A DNA stretch of 64,000 nt from Alsobacter soli (GTDB lineage Bacteria > Pseudomonadota > Alphaproteobacteria > Rhizobiales > Beijerinckiaceae): positions 6,479 through 70,478 of the forward strand of contig CAMCXA010000005.1 of assembly GCA_945883115.1 (NCBI GenBank), given 5' to 3'. The notes beneath the pieces are model-generated. The model was not told the DNA's origin, ran no database searches, and saw nothing but the letters and a program-made list of their open reading frames with translations. Both the position numbers and the translations under genes were made by a program. This document shows positions 53,258 to 63,229 of the stretch, one piece after another. Within the stretch, counting starts at the first letter, position 1. Each line of letters begins with the position of its first letter.

Positions 53258-54013
53258 ATGCTTGAAATTAAAAATCTCCATGTCGCGATTGAAGACGGAT
53301 CGAAGAAGATTCTGAACGGGCTTACTCTGACGGTTCACAGGGGTGAGGTTGCTGCGATTATGGGGCCGAACGGGTCGGGGAAATCGACGCTTTCTTATGT
53401 GATTGCAGGCAAGCCGGGATATGAAATTCTGGACGGCGAGATTTTGCTCGAGGGCGAAAATATTCTCGAGATGGAGCCCGACCAGCGTTCGGCGGCGGGG
53501 GTGTTTCTGGCGTTCCAATATCCGCTGGAAATTCCGGGTGTTGCGACGATGACGTTTTTGAAAGCTGCGATGAACGCGCATTTGCGGGCGGCGGGCAGCG
53601 ACGAGATCAAGACGCCGGATTTCATGAAGCGGGTGCGGAAGGCGGCGGATGATCTCGGGATTTCGCAGGATATGCTGAAGCGCGGGCTGAATGTGGGATT
53701 TTCGGGCGGCGAGAAGAAGCGCATGGAAATTCTGCAAATGGCACTGCTCGAGCCGCGCATCTGCATTCTCGACGAGACGGATTCGGGGCTGGATATTGAC
53801 GCGCTGAAGGTTGTTTCCGAGGGCGTGAACAAATTGCGCTCGGCGGATCGCTCTTTCCTTGTGATCACACATTATCAGCGGCTTTTGAACTATATTGTGC
53901 CCGATACGGTGCATGTGATGTCGAAGGGGCGGGTGGTGAAATCGGGGGGCAAGGAGCTCGCCCTCGAGCTCGAGGCCAATGGCTACGCCGATTATGTTTC
54001 GGACGCGGCATAG
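53258..54013 (+). CDS. sufC: Fe-S cluster assembly ATPase SufC
   Basis: MLEIKNLHV..., Walker A GPNGSGKST, signature FSGGEKKR and Walker B ILDETDSGLD. Confidence 0.95.
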   Translation: MLEIKNLHVAIEDGSKKILNGLTLTVHRGEVAAIMGPNGSGKSTLSYVIAGKPGYEILDGEILLEGENILEMEPDQRSAAGVFLAFQYPLEIPGVATMTFLKAAMNAHLRAAGSDEIKTPDFMKRVRKAADDLGISQDMLKRGLNVGFSGGEKKRMEILQMALLEPRICILDETDSGLDIDALKVVSEGVNKLRSADRSFLVITHYQRLLNYIVPDTVHVMSKGRVVKSGGKELALELEANGYADYVSDAA

Positions 54014-54026
54014 GAGCCCGGACAGA

Positions 54027-55325
54027 ATGACGATTATTACTCCGATCAGAACGCAGGCCGAGGCGGCTTATATTTCGCAGTTCCCTGCGTTTGAAGCAGG
54101 GCTAACGACGCGTGATCCCGCAGGGCTGAAACTGCGTCGTGCCGCTTTCGAGCGGTTTGTTGCCTTGGGTCTGCCGCATCGCCGGATCGAGCCCTACCAT
54201 TATACCGATGTGCGGGCTTTGCTGCGCGAGGTGGCGGGGCCTGCAGTGCATGCCAAACACACGGTGGCTTTGCCTGAAATGGCCGTGCTGCCGAGCGCGC
54301 TTTCCGCGCTTGAGGCGTTCAAGATTGTGCTTGTCAACGGCGTGCTGGATCGGGCGCGGTCGGATCTCGGTCGCTTGCCGGAAGGTGTGAAGGTGCATGA
54401 GGAGGCGGAGCCGGCTGTCGATGGCGGTTTGGCGGATGATCCGATGATTGCGCTGAATACGGCCTTCATGACCGGGCGGGTGGTGATCACGATTGAAGCG
54501 GGGATCAAGCTCGACACGCCGCTTCATCTGCAGTCGATGATTGGCGGGGCGGCGGTGGCGGTGTATCCGCGCGTGACACTCGAAGTTGGCAAGGGTGCGG
54601 CGGTGACGCTGGTGGAAAGCCATTTCGGGCCGGATGGCGTGGCCTATCAGAACAATTCGCTGGTCGAGATTGTGGCCGGTGATGATGCCAAAATTGATCT
54701 GGTGCGGGTGAATGCGCACGGGAAGGCGGCGGCTGATTTTTCGACGCTGGCGGTGACGCTCGGGGCGTCGAACGTGTTCAATGCGCATTCCTTTGTGACG
54801 GGTGGTGCGCTCTCGCGGCATCAGGTTTTTTTGCGTCTTGAAGGCGAGCACTCGGTGGTGACGCTGAGTGGCGCGATGCTGCTCAATGCGCGGCAGCATG
54901 CTGATACGACGCTTGTTGTTGATCATGCGGTGCCGAACTGCCAGAGCCGCGAGCATTTTGCGCATGTACTCGATGGCGAAGCGACGGGGGTGTTTCAAGG
55001 TAAGATCATCGTGCGGCCATTGGCGCAAAAGACGGATGGCAAGATGATGAGCCGCGCGGTTGTGCTGACCGATGGCGCGACGATGAACAACAAACCGGAA
55101 CTCGAAATCTTCGCGGATGATGTGCAGTGCGGGCATGGCGCGACCGTGGGTGCGCTCGACGAGGATTTGCTGTTCTATTTGCAGGCGCGTGGTCTGCCGA
55201 AGACAGAGGCGGAAGCGTTGATGTTGCAGGCATTTGCGGGTGAAGCGGTGGCGATGATCGCGCATGACGGCGTCCGCGAGGCGCTTGATGGTGCGATTGA
55301 CGCGTGGCTGAAGGAGAGGGCGTGA
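54027..55325 (+). CDS. sufD: Fe-S cluster assembly protein SufD
   Basis: A SufB/SufD-family C-terminal beta-helix is present (ELEIFADDVQCGHGATVG). I chose the ATG at 54027, 14 nt after the sufC stop, inside the longer track ORF. Confidence 0.9.
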   Translation: MTIITPIRTQAEAAYISQFPAFEAGLTTRDPAGLKLRRAAFERFVALGLPHRRIEPYHYTDVRALLREVAGPAVHAKHTVALPEMAVLPSALSALEAFKIVLVNGVLDRARSDLGRLPEGVKVHEEAEPAVDGGLADDPMIALNTAFMTGRVVITIEAGIKLDTPLHLQSMIGGAAVAVYPRVTLEVGKGAAVTLVESHFGPDGVAYQNNSLVEIVAGDDAKIDLVRVNAHGKAAADFSTLAVTLGASNVFNAHSFVTGGALSRHQVFLRLEGEHSVVTLSGAMLLNARQHADTTLVVDHAVPNCQSREHFAHVLDGEATGVFQGKIIVRPLAQKTDGKMMSRAVVLTDGATMNNKPELEIFADDVQCGHGATVGALDEDLLFYLQARGLPKTEAEALMLQAFAGEAVAMIAHDGVREALDGAIDAWLKERA

Positions 55326-56575
55326 TGGCAGGAGCGACCACAATGACGATTGAGCGACCGTTTGATATCGCGGCAATCCGCGCGGATTTTCCGATCCTGT
55401 CGAAAACCGTTTACGGCAAGCCACTCGTGTATCTCGATAATGCGGCATCGGCGCAGAAGCCGAAAGCGGTGCTTGATCGCATGATCTATGCCTATGAGAA
55501 CGAATACGCGAATGTGCATCGCGGCCTGCATTATATGGCCAATGCGGCGACCGAGGCGTTCGAGCATGCGCGCGAAACGATCCGCGCCTTCATCAATGCG
55601 GCTTCGACAGACGAGATCATTTTTACCCGCAATGCCACGGAAGCGATGAATGTCGTTGCCGCGAGCCTCGGGCAGATGGTGATCAAGCCGGGTGACGAGA
55701 TCATTTTGTCGATCATGGAGCATCACTCCAATATTGTGCCCTGGCATTTTTTGCGCGAGCGGTATGGCGCGGTGATCAAATGGGTGCCGGTGGATGATGT
55801 CGGCAATTTTGATCTCGATGCGTTTGAAAAGCTTGTGACGCCGCGGACGAAAATTGTTGCTCTCACGCAAATGTCGAATGTTCTCGGGACCGTGACGCCG
55901 GTTGCGGAGATCGTCCGGATTGCGCATGCGCAGGGCGCTTATGTGATGATTGACGGGTGCCAAGGGGCTGTGCATCTCGCGACCGATGTGCGGGCGCTGG
56001 ATGTCGACTTTTATTGCCTGACCGGGCACAAGCTCTACGGGCCGACCGGGATCGGGGTTTTGTATGGCAAGCGGGATTTGCTCGCCAAAATGCCGCCTTA
56101 TAATGGCGGCGGCGAGATGATCAATCTCGTCACAACCGAGACGGTAACCTACAACGAGCCGCCGCACCGGTTCGAGGCGGGGACGCCGCCGATTGTGCAG
56201 GCTATCGGGCTGGGGGCGGCACTTGATTATATGAACAGTGTCGGCCGAGAAGCGATTTCTGCGCAGGAACATGCCTTGCGCGATTACGCCATGCAGCAAT
56301 TGGGCGCGATGAATTCGATCGAGATTATCGGCAAGGCGCGGGACAAGGGCGCGATTGTCGCGTTCTCGATGAAGGGCGCGCATGCGCATGATGTTGCGAC
56401 CGTGATTGATCGTGCGGGGGTAGCGGTGCGGGCGGGCACGCATTGCGCGCAGCCTCTGCTCGCGCGGTTTGGCGTGACCTCGACATGCCGGGCTTCTTTT
56501 GCGTTTTATAATACGGTAGAAGAGATCGATATTCTCGTGGCGGCTTTGCGAAAAGCTGAAAGCATGTTCGGTTGA
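55325..56575 (+). CDS. sufS: Cysteine desulfurase SufS (group II)
   Basis: FPIL...YLDNAASAQKP, the PLP lysine in TGHKLYGPTGIGVLYG and the active-site RAGTHCAQP. The ATG at 55325 overlaps the sufD stop (TGATG). Confidence 0.9.
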   Translation: MAGATTMTIERPFDIAAIRADFPILSKTVYGKPLVYLDNAASAQKPKAVLDRMIYAYENEYANVHRGLHYMANAATEAFEHARETIRAFINAASTDEIIFTRNATEAMNVVAASLGQMVIKPGDEIILSIMEHHSNIVPWHFLRERYGAVIKWVPVDDVGNFDLDAFEKLVTPRTKIVALTQMSNVLGTVTPVAEIVRIAHAQGAYVMIDGCQGAVHLATDVRALDVDFYCLTGHKLYGPTGIGVLYGKRDLLAKMPPYNGGGEMINLVTTETVTYNEPPHRFEAGTPPIVQAIGLGAALDYMNSVGREAISAQEHALRDYAMQQLGAMNSIEIIGKARDKGAIVAFSMKGAHAHDVATVIDRAGVAVRAGTHCAQPLLARFGVTSTCRASFAFYNTVEEIDILVAALRKAESMFG

Positions 56576-56585
56576 GGAGAGCGTT

Positions 56586-56972
56586 ATGAATGATACAAGC
56601 GTGTCCGATACGCCTTCGCCGAACCATCCGGCAATCGGCGTGAACCCGTCTTTGCCGCCGGAGGAAATCGACCGGCTGACCGACGACATCGTTGCGGCGC
56701 TCAAGACGGTGTATGATCCGGAAATTCCGTCCGATATTTACGAATTGGGGCTGATCTACAAGGTGGATATCGATGACAACAGGAATGTTGCTATTGATAT
56801 GACGCTGACAGCGCCCGGATGTCCGGTTGCGGGCGAAATGCCGGGCTGGGTCGAGGCGGCGGTTCAGGCTGTACCGGGCATTCAATCGGTTGTGGTCAAG
56901 ATGGTGTTTGATCCGCCATGGGACCAGTCGCGCATGTCGGACGAAGCGAGATTCGCGCTCGATATGTGGTGA
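56586..56972 (+). CDS. SUF system Fe-S assembly protein, DUF59/MIP18 family (SufT-like)
   Basis: VYDPEIPSDIYELGLIY and LTAPGCPVAGEM are DUF59 signatures. Confidence 0.85.
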   Translation: MNDTSVSDTPSPNHPAIGVNPSLPPEEIDRLTDDIVAALKTVYDPEIPSDIYELGLIYKVDIDDNRNVAIDMTLTAPGCPVAGEMPGWVEAAVQAVPGIQSVVVKMVFDPPWDQSRMSDEARFALDMW

Positions 56973-56985
56973 TAGGCGGCCTGCC

Positions 56986-57324
56986 ATGACGCATGATGAT
57001 CTTTATGATCTTTTCGCGCCTTTTGCCCGCGTGGTGCTGAAGCGGATGTTCGGCGGAACGAGTGTTTATGTTGATGGCCGGATTATTGCAATCGAGATTG
57101 ACGGTGTGCTGTATCTGAAGGCGGATGATGTGACCGAGCCTTTGTTCGAGGCGGAGGGTTTGCAAAAGTTCACCTATTCGGCGAAGGGCAAGACGATGGC
57201 GATGCGGTATTTCCAGACGCCGGACGAGGCGTATGAGGATCCTGATGCGTTTCGTCCGTGGTTCAAACTGGCTGTCGAGGCGGCGATGCGGGCGCCGGCA
57301 CCGCAGAAGAAGGCGGTGACATGA
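56986..57324 (+). CDS. TfoX N-terminal domain protein
   Basis: From the ATG at 56986 the sequence reads MTHDDLYDLFAPFARVVLKRMFGGTSVYVDGRIIAIEIDGVLYLKADD. This contains the MFGG...Y..G...LK pattern of TfoX_N. 112 aa. Confidence 0.7.
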   Translation: MTHDDLYDLFAPFARVVLKRMFGGTSVYVDGRIIAIEIDGVLYLKADDVTEPLFEAEGLQKFTYSAKGKTMAMRYFQTPDEAYEDPDAFRPWFKLAVEAAMRAPAPQKKAVT

Positions 57325-57406
57325 TCAGGCCCTTACAATTGGGCCGATCAGTGTTACATTAGGTATTCAACGTCCGGGCCTTGACCCCGTGCGAGGAGAG
57401 AAGACG

Positions 57407-57787
57407 ATGGCTTTGCCGAAATTGAAAGTGATGTCGGTGACTGACGCCGCGGCGGACCGTATCCGCAGCATTATGGCGAATGCAGACCGGCCGATCGAGG
57501 CGATCCGTGTCGGCGTCAAGAATGGCGGTTGCGCGGGAATGGCGTATACGATTGAGTATGAAGAAAAAATCCGCCCGGGCGATGATGTCGTCGATGAAAA
57601 GGGCGTGAAGATTGTTGTTGACCCGAAAGCGCTGATGTTTCTGCTCGGCACGGAAATGGATTTCCAGAGCGGGACGCTGGCATCGCAATTTGTGTTCAAT
57701 AATCCGAACCAGACCTCAGCGTGCGGGTGCGGCGAGTCGGTGGCGATTACGCCGGCGACTGTTGAGGGCGCGCACGCGCACTCCTGA
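57407..57787 (+). CDS. sufA: Iron-sulfur cluster insertion protein (SufA/IscA/HesB family A-type carrier)
   Basis: GGCAGMAY and the C-terminal CGCGESV cysteine motif. A GAGGAGAG Shine-Dalgarno sequence precedes the ATG at 57407. Confidence 0.85.
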   Translation: MALPKLKVMSVTDAAADRIRSIMANADRPIEAIRVGVKNGGCAGMAYTIEYEEKIRPGDDVVDEKGVKIVVDPKALMFLLGTEMDFQSGTLASQFVFNNPNQTSACGCGESVAITPATVEGAHAHS

Positions 57788-57790
57788 CCC

Positions 57791-59290
57791 TTATTTCAGC
57801 TTTGCCGACCGCATCATGAAGCCCGGCATGTGATCGCCGAGGCCCAAAGGTGTTGGCTCATTATCCTCGGGATAGGACCGGCGCGGGCGATTTTCGTCGG
57901 ACCGTGCGGGGCGTTCATCGCGCGGGGGGCGTGTGTCCCGCTGTTCGCGCGGGGCGCGTGGTTCAGCTGGGGCTGCGGCGTTCTCTGTCTGCGGTACAGG
58001 TGCGGGCGGACGCTTTGATGGCGCGTGCGGGGATTCTTTTGGCGCTTCCGATTTGATCTCGGCTGGTTTGGCTTCCGGCGATTTGCGGGGCTGGCCTTTG
58101 GCGGGTGCGTTGCGACCACCGCGACCGCGCGGGGCGGGGGCTTCGCTTGCAAAACCTGACTCGTCGAGCGAGGGGCCGAGCCATTCGATCGGGCGCTTGA
58201 TCATGGCTTCAATTGCGCTGAGATTTTTGTGGTCCTCGGGGCTGATCAGCGTGAAGGCGGTGCCGAGTTTGCCGGCGCGGCCGGTGCGACCGATGCGGTG
58301 GACGTAATCTTCGGCGTGATGCGGGGCATCATAGTTGAAAACATGGCTGACATCGGGAATGTCGAGACCGCGGGCGGCGACGTCGCTCGCGACGAGGAAC
58401 TGGGTTGTGCCGGCGCGGAAACCGTCAAGCGCAACGGTGCGGGCGCGCTGATCCATGTCGCCATGGAGGGCTGCGACGTTGAAGCTGTGGCTTAACAGGG
58501 ATTTGAGCAGCAATTGCACGTCGATTTTGCGATTGCAGAAGATGATGCCGTTTTTCACATCGTCGGAGTCGCGCATCAGGCGGCGGAGCGTTTCGCGCTT
58601 CTGGGCCGGATTATGCGGAGTTGCGACGAGGCGCTGGGTGATTGTCGAGGCGGTTGTGGCCTGACGGGCGGTTTCGATCCGGACGGGATTATGCAGGAAC
58701 GCATCGGTGATGCGCTGGATCTCGGGCGGCATGGTGGCGGAGAAAAACAATGTCTGGCGCGTGAACGGCACCATGCGGCAGATTTTCTCGATGTCGGGGA
58801 TGAACCCCATATCAAGCATTCTGTCGGCTTCGTCGATGACGAGCACTTCGATGCCGGTGAGGAGAAGTTTGCCGCGTTCGATGTGATCGAGCAGGCGGCC
58901 GGGTGTTGCGATCAACACGTCGACGCCGCGGGCGATTTTGAGATCCTGATCGCCGAAGGAAACACCGCCGATGAGCAGGGCGACGTTGAGTTTCTGGCCG
59001 GCGCCATAGCGGACGAAGGATTCTTCGACCTGGGCGGCTAATTCGCGGGTTGGCTCCAGAATGAGCGTGCGCGGCATGCGGGCGCGTGCGCGGCCCTGTT
59101 CGAGCAGGGTAATCATGGGGAGCGTGAAGGCGGCGGTTTTACCGGTGCCCGTCTGGGCGATGCCGAGCACGTCGCGCCGCTCGAGCACGCGCGGGATGGC
59201 CTGCTCCTGGATCGGCGTTGGTTGTGTGTAGCCGGCAGCTGTGACGGCTTCGAGGACTTTAGGGCTAAGACCCAGTTCAGAAAAATTCAT
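57791..59290 (-). CDS. rhlE: DEAD-box ATP-dependent RNA helicase (RhlE-like) with a basic low-complexity C-terminal tail
   Basis: Motifs AQTGTGKTAAF, PTRELA, VIDEADRMLDMGF, FSATMP and HRIGRTGRAG. Confidence 0.85.
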   Translation of the reverse strand: MNFSELGLSPKVLEAVTAAGYTQPTPIQEQAIPRVLERRDVLGIAQTGTGKTAAFTLPMITLLEQGRARARMPRTLILEPTRELAAQVEESFVRYGAGQKLNVALLIGGVSFGDQDLKIARGVDVLIATPGRLLDHIERGKLLLTGIEVLVIDEADRMLDMGFIPDIEKICRMVPFTRQTLFFSATMPPEIQRITDAFLHNPVRIETARQATTASTITQRLVATPHNPAQKRETLRRLMRDSDDVKNGIIFCNRKIDVQLLLKSLLSHSFNVAALHGDMDQRARTVALDGFRAGTTQFLVASDVAARGLDIPDVSHVFNYDAPHHAEDYVHRIGRTGRAGKLGTAFTLISPEDHKNLSAIEAMIKRPIEWLGPSLDESGFASEAPAPRGRGGRNAPAKGQPRKSPEAKPAEIKSEAPKESPHAPSKRPPAPVPQTENAAAPAEPRAPREQRDTRPPRDERPARSDENRPRRSYPEDNEPTPLGLGDHMPGFMMRSAKLK

Positions 59291-59565
59291 CGTTTAAGGC
59301 CGCCTCTCGGTCGCGGCATGGCGGGTGCAGGGCCCGGTTCGATCATGCGACGAACCTTCAGCGCTCTCAGCACCATTGAGCGCGCACCATAGGGGGAATC
59401 GTCAACAAGTCAATGATTTAGATGGAGCGGGAGTTTCATGGGCGGTATTTCACCTGTCTCGCAGTGTTACAAAACGGCTGCATGATGCGAGCTATTTTAG
59501 CCTCTTTCATTTGACGTTTCATGTCATTGTGATATTTTTTCAAAGTCTACCCTGGGTCGGCCTCT

Positions 59566-59621
59566 GCTGAAAAGCATGCTCCCGGGGTCAGTCTTGCCAG
59601 TCAAGTATAAGACTTTTCAGC
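59566..59621 (-). terminator. Nested stem-loop 8 nt downstream of smpB (possible terminator or stability element)
   Basis: The outer stem pairs GCTGAAAAG with CTTTTCAGC (9 bp). An inner stem pairs AGTCTT with AAGACT. No U-run follows the hairpin. Confidence 0.35.
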
Positions 59622-59628
59622 CTCAATT

Positions 59629-60102
59629 TCACCCCTTATCGCGCATGACGCGGGATTTTTCGCGGTCCCAATCGCGCTTTTTGGCGGTTTCGCGCTTGTC
59701 GGCGACGTTTTTGCCTTTGGCCAACGCGATTTCGACTTTAGCGCGGCCCTTTTCGTTGAAATAGATTTTGAGCGGGACGATGGTCATGCCTTCGCGCTGG
59801 ACGGCGGCGACGAGTTTGTCGACCTGACGGCGATGGAGCAGCAGACGGCGCGGGCGCTTGGGCGTGTGATTGAACTGGTTGGCCTGAAGATATTCCGGAA
59901 TATTGGCGTTGACGAGGAAGAGATCGCCGTCTTTTTCGGCGGCGTAGCTCTCGCCGATTGTGGCCTTGCCCGCGCGGAGCGATTTGACCTCCGTACCGGT
60001 CAGCGCAATGCCAGCCTCGAACACTTCGCCAATCGCGTAATTGAAACGCGCTTTGCGGTTATCGGCGGCTACTCTGGCATTGCCTTTTGGTGCGGCTGTC
60101 AT
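59629..60102 (-). CDS. smpB: SsrA-binding protein SmpB
   Basis: 157 aa. The motifs [16 protein letters not shown] and the C-terminal basic tail KRDWDREK are typical of SmpB. Confidence 0.95.
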   Translation of the reverse strand: MTAAPKGNARVAADNRKARFNYAIGEVFEAGIALTGTEVKSLRAGKATIGESYAAEKDGDLFLVNANIPEYLQANQFNHTPKRPRRLLLHRRQVDKLVAAVQREGMTIVPLKIYFNEKGRAKVEIALAKGKNVADKRETAKKRDWDREKSRVMRDKG

Positions 60103-60119
60103 TGCGGCGGTTTGGCCCT

Positions 60120-61013
60120 TCAGGCGTTGGTGAGACCGGCAAACGCCATGGCCTTGCGGATAATGGCGCGGGTTGGCTCGGTGGTGGGAACCATGGGGAG
60201 GCGGACTTCGTCTGACATGTGGCCCAGCACGGAGAGCGCATATTTTGGCCCTGCGGGATTGGGCTCGACGAACAGGGCCGAATGGAGCGGAAAGAGCTTG
60301 TCCTGATAGGTCAGGGCCTTGGCGTAATCGCCGGAGAGGGAGGCATTCTGGAAATCGGCGCAGGCTTTGGGGGCGACGTTCGAGCTGACCGAGATGCAGC
60401 CATGGCCGCCATGCACGTTGAAGGCGAGGGCGGTGGCGTCTTCGCCGGAGAGTTGGATGAAATCGGGGCCCATGGCCTGACGCTGCTGGCTGACGCGGAC
60501 AATGTTGCCGGTGGCATCCTTCACGCCGACGATGTTTTTGAGTTCATAGAGGCGGGCCATGGTATCGACGGACATATCCACAATGGAGCGTGGCGGAATG
60601 TTGTAGATGATAATCGGGATGCCGATGGCGTCGTTGATCGCCTTGTAATGCTGGTACAGGCCCTCTTGATTGGGCTTGTTGTAATAGGGGGTGACGATGA
60701 GCACGGCGTCGGCACCGGCCTTTTCGGCGTGGCGGGAGAGTTCAACCGCTTCGTTGGTATTGTTGGACCCGGCGCCGGCAATGACGGGAACGCGGCCCTT
60801 GGCCTCGTTGATGCACCATTCAACAACGCTTTTATGCTCTGCATGGGACAAAGTAGGGCTTTCGCCGGTGGTGCCGACGGGAACGAGGCCATGCGTGCCT
60901 TGCGCGATCTGCCAATCGACATGACCGCGGAAGGCGGCTTCATCAACTTTGCCGTTTTTGAACGGCGTGACCAAAGCCGTCATCGAACCCCTGAAAGTGC
61001 CATTCTTGCTCAT
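60120..61013 (-). CDS. dapA: 4-hydroxy-tetrahydrodipicolinate synthase
   Basis: [20 protein letters not shown] and the catalytic lysine in VGVKDATG. Confidence 0.95.
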   Translation of the reverse strand: MSKNGTFRGSMTALVTPFKNGKVDEAAFRGHVDWQIAQGTHGLVPVGTTGESPTLSHAEHKSVVEWCINEAKGRVPVIAGAGSNNTNEAVELSRHAEKAGADAVLIVTPYYNKPNQEGLYQHYKAINDAIGIPIIIYNIPPRSIVDMSVDTMARLYELKNIVGVKDATGNIVRVSQQRQAMGPDFIQLSGEDATALAFNVHGGHGCISVSSNVAPKACADFQNASLSGDYAKALTYQDKLFPLHSALFVEPNPAGPKYALSVLGHMSDEVRLPMVPTTEPTRAIIRKAMAFAGLTNA

Positions 61014-61201
61014 GACGTCATTCCCCTCTTGCTGTCATTGCATCGCGTTGAATGACACATAAACATTTGCGCGGGCGCAGGGAAGGGCTGTGTGACGGTT
61101 TCTCGTTTGTTGCGCGGGAGGGTGCCTTGCGGACGCCGTATTTTTCGCGCCTTTTAGGAGAGAGGCGGGGTGATTCCCGTTGGCGTTGTGGAGGAGTTTC
61201 A

Positions 61202-63202
61202 GTGTCGATACGGATCAGCAGACGGGATGTGCTGGGAGTGATGGCCGGGTTGCCTCTGGCGTTGCGGAGTGCGGGCGCGCGGGCTGTTGAAGTGCCGTTC
61301 GGGCTCAGGCACGGGCTGAATGCGGAAGGGCTTGTGACGCTGAAGGCGGCGATCGGGGCGTATCGCGAGGCGGATCTGGTTCAGGGCGATGCGATTGCGG
61401 CGCGCCTCAACGACCCTTTGGCGCGGATGATTCTGGAATGGGTGGCGCTGCGCAACGTGCCGGAAAAGGCGGGTCTTGAGCGGATTGCCGCTTTCCTGAA
61501 CGCGAACCCGACCTGGCCTGTGCTCGCGCTAATCCGGCGGAAGGGCGAGGATGCGCTCCGGACGGAAAAGCGGGATGACGAGACGGTGATGGCCTTTGTC
61601 GGCAAAGAGCGGCCTTTGACGGCCGTTGGCCGCGTGCTTTTGGCGCGGGCTCTGAAGGGCAGGGGGCAGATGGCGGAGGCGGTGAAGCTTGCGGCGTCTG
61701 TCTGGCAGGATGATTCGGTGCCGGACGAGATCGAGGCGATGATTTTGGAGGAGTTTGGTGACCGGCTCGGCATGCAGGATCATCGTGTAAGGCTGGCGAC
61801 GCAGCTTTTTGCGGAGAATTGGGAAGCGGCGTTGCGGGTTGCGGCGTTGATCGGGCCGGGATTTGAGGCGATTGCGCGGGCGCGGAAGGCTGTGGGCACG
61901 CGGGCGGGCGACGCGGAAAAGCTGATTGCGGCGGTTCCCGAGGCGTTGCGGAAGGAACCGGCTTTTATCCATGCCGAGGCGCAGTTTTACCGGCGGGCGG
62001 ACAGGCTGGACAAGGCCGCGGCGGCGTTGCAGCGACTGCCTAAGGGGGGTTCGCTTGTGAAGCCCGATGAATGGTGGACGGAGCGGCGCGTGCTGGCGCG
62101 GCGGCTGTTTGATGACGGCAAGGCGGATGCGGCGTTGAAGGTGATTGACGCGCATGGCGTGCCGGGGGCGACCAACCGGCTCGATGCGGAATTTATGGCG
62201 GGGTGGATTGCGCTTGAGGGGCTGAAGGATGGCGCGACTGCGGGCAGCTATTTTGCCGAGGCGCAGCGCTTTGCGACAGCGCCTTCCTCGCAAGCGCGGG
62301 TGGCTTATTGGCAGGCGCGGGCTTTGGTGGCGGCGAAATTGCCGCCGGACGAGGCGTTGACGCGGGCGGCGGTGCACGGGCTGACCTATTACGGGCAATT
62401 GGCGCGGATCTGGCTCGGGCGGCGGGAGATCGGGTTTAGGCCGATGCCGGTGCCGAACGGGGCGGCGCTCGGCGGGCAAGTGACAATGTCTGCCGTTTTG
62501 ATGCTGAGCGAGGCGGGGGAAGACGAGATTGCCGCGCCGATCATGTCGGAACTGGCGTTGATGATGCCGGATGCGCCGGCTTTGGCGGCTTTGGTAATGG
62601 TGACGCGCTGGCTTGGCAGCAAACGGTTTGAAACCATGGTGGGAAAATTGGCGTTTCAACGCGGGATTGCCTTTGACGAGGCGATGTATCCCGTGGGCGG
62701 ATTGCCCGATGTGCCGGATTTTGGCGTGGAGCGTGCGCTGGTGCATGCGCTTTCGCGGCAGGAAAGCTCGTTTGACCCGAGGGCGATCTCACCTGCGGGG
62801 GCGCGGGGGTTGATGCAATTGATGCCTGCGACCGCGAAGGAGACGGCGGCGAAGGCGGGGTTTGATTTTCAGGAAACGTGGCTGCTGGATGACCCGACCT
62901 ATAATGTGAAGGTGGGGACGTCGCATTTGAAGGAATTGCTGGAGCTTTGGGGCGGAAATTATGTGCTCGCGATTGCGTCTTACAATGCGGGGGCGACCAA
63001 TGTGAGGCGCTGGGTGACGGCCTATGGCGACCCGCGCCTTGCGGGCACGGACAGGGTGGCGTGGATCGAGCGGATTCCCTTCGGCGAAACGCGGACCTAT
63101 GTGCAGAAAGTGCTGGAAAATCTGCAGATTTACCGCGCGCGGCTTGAGGGACAGACGCAGATTGCGCTGGATGCGGATTTGGCAAGGGGGAGTAGGGAGT
63201 AG
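61202..63202 (+). CDS. Soluble lytic murein transglycosylase (Slt70-like) with an N-terminal signal sequence
   Basis: The C-terminal SLT domain has the motifs HALSRQESSFDP, GLMQLMP and ASYNAG. The GTG at 61202 has a GGAGGAG Shine-Dalgarno sequence and gives a signal-like peptide VSIRISRRDVLGVMAGLPLALRSAGARA. The track start at 61052 is less plausible. Confidence 0.85.
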   Translation: MSIRISRRDVLGVMAGLPLALRSAGARAVEVPFGLRHGLNAEGLVTLKAAIGAYREADLVQGDAIAARLNDPLARMILEWVALRNVPEKAGLERIAAFLNANPTWPVLALIRRKGEDALRTEKRDDETVMAFVGKERPLTAVGRVLLARALKGRGQMAEAVKLAASVWQDDSVPDEIEAMILEEFGDRLGMQDHRVRLATQLFAENWEAALRVAALIGPGFEAIARARKAVGTRAGDAEKLIAAVPEALRKEPAFIHAEAQFYRRADRLDKAAAALQRLPKGGSLVKPDEWWTERRVLARRLFDDGKADAALKVIDAHGVPGATNRLDAEFMAGWIALEGLKDGATAGSYFAEAQRFATAPSSQARVAYWQARALVAAKLPPDEALTRAAVHGLTYYGQLARIWLGRREIGFRPMPVPNGAALGGQVTMSAVLMLSEAGEDEIAAPIMSELALMMPDAPALAALVMVTRWLGSKRFETMVGKLAFQRGIAFDEAMYPVGGLPDVPDFGVERALVHALSRQESSFDPRAISPAGARGLMQLMPATAKETAAKAGFDFQETWLLDDPTYNVKVGTSHLKELLELWGGNYVLAIASYNAGATNVRRWVTAYGDPRLAGTDRVAWIERIPFGETRTYVQKVLENLQIYRARLEGQTQIALDADLARGSRE

Positions 63203-63229
63203 TGAGTGGCGAGTGGGGAGTGGGGTTTT

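Noticed and set aside
50273-56704. A series of long arginine-rich minus-strand ORFs (50273-51481, 51603-52490, 54102-55448, 55175-56704) opposite the nifS-like and suf genes.
   Set aside because: These are shadow ORFs of strongly supported plus-strand genes. Their translations are dominated by R/H/P runs and contain no recognisable domains.
61529-62746. A 405-aa minus-strand ORF opposite the lytic transglycosylase gene. Similar antisense ORFs occur at 14254-15279, 23991-24875, 24909-25622 and 7620-8648.
   Set aside because: The reasoning is the same: these are antisense shadows with R/P-rich composition, and the sense-strand genes carry clear family motifs.
63186-63225. A G-quadruplex at the slt stop codon.
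   Set aside because: Four G-tracts exist but one loop would be about 17 nt. I mention it only within the REP-like finding and do not call it a feature.
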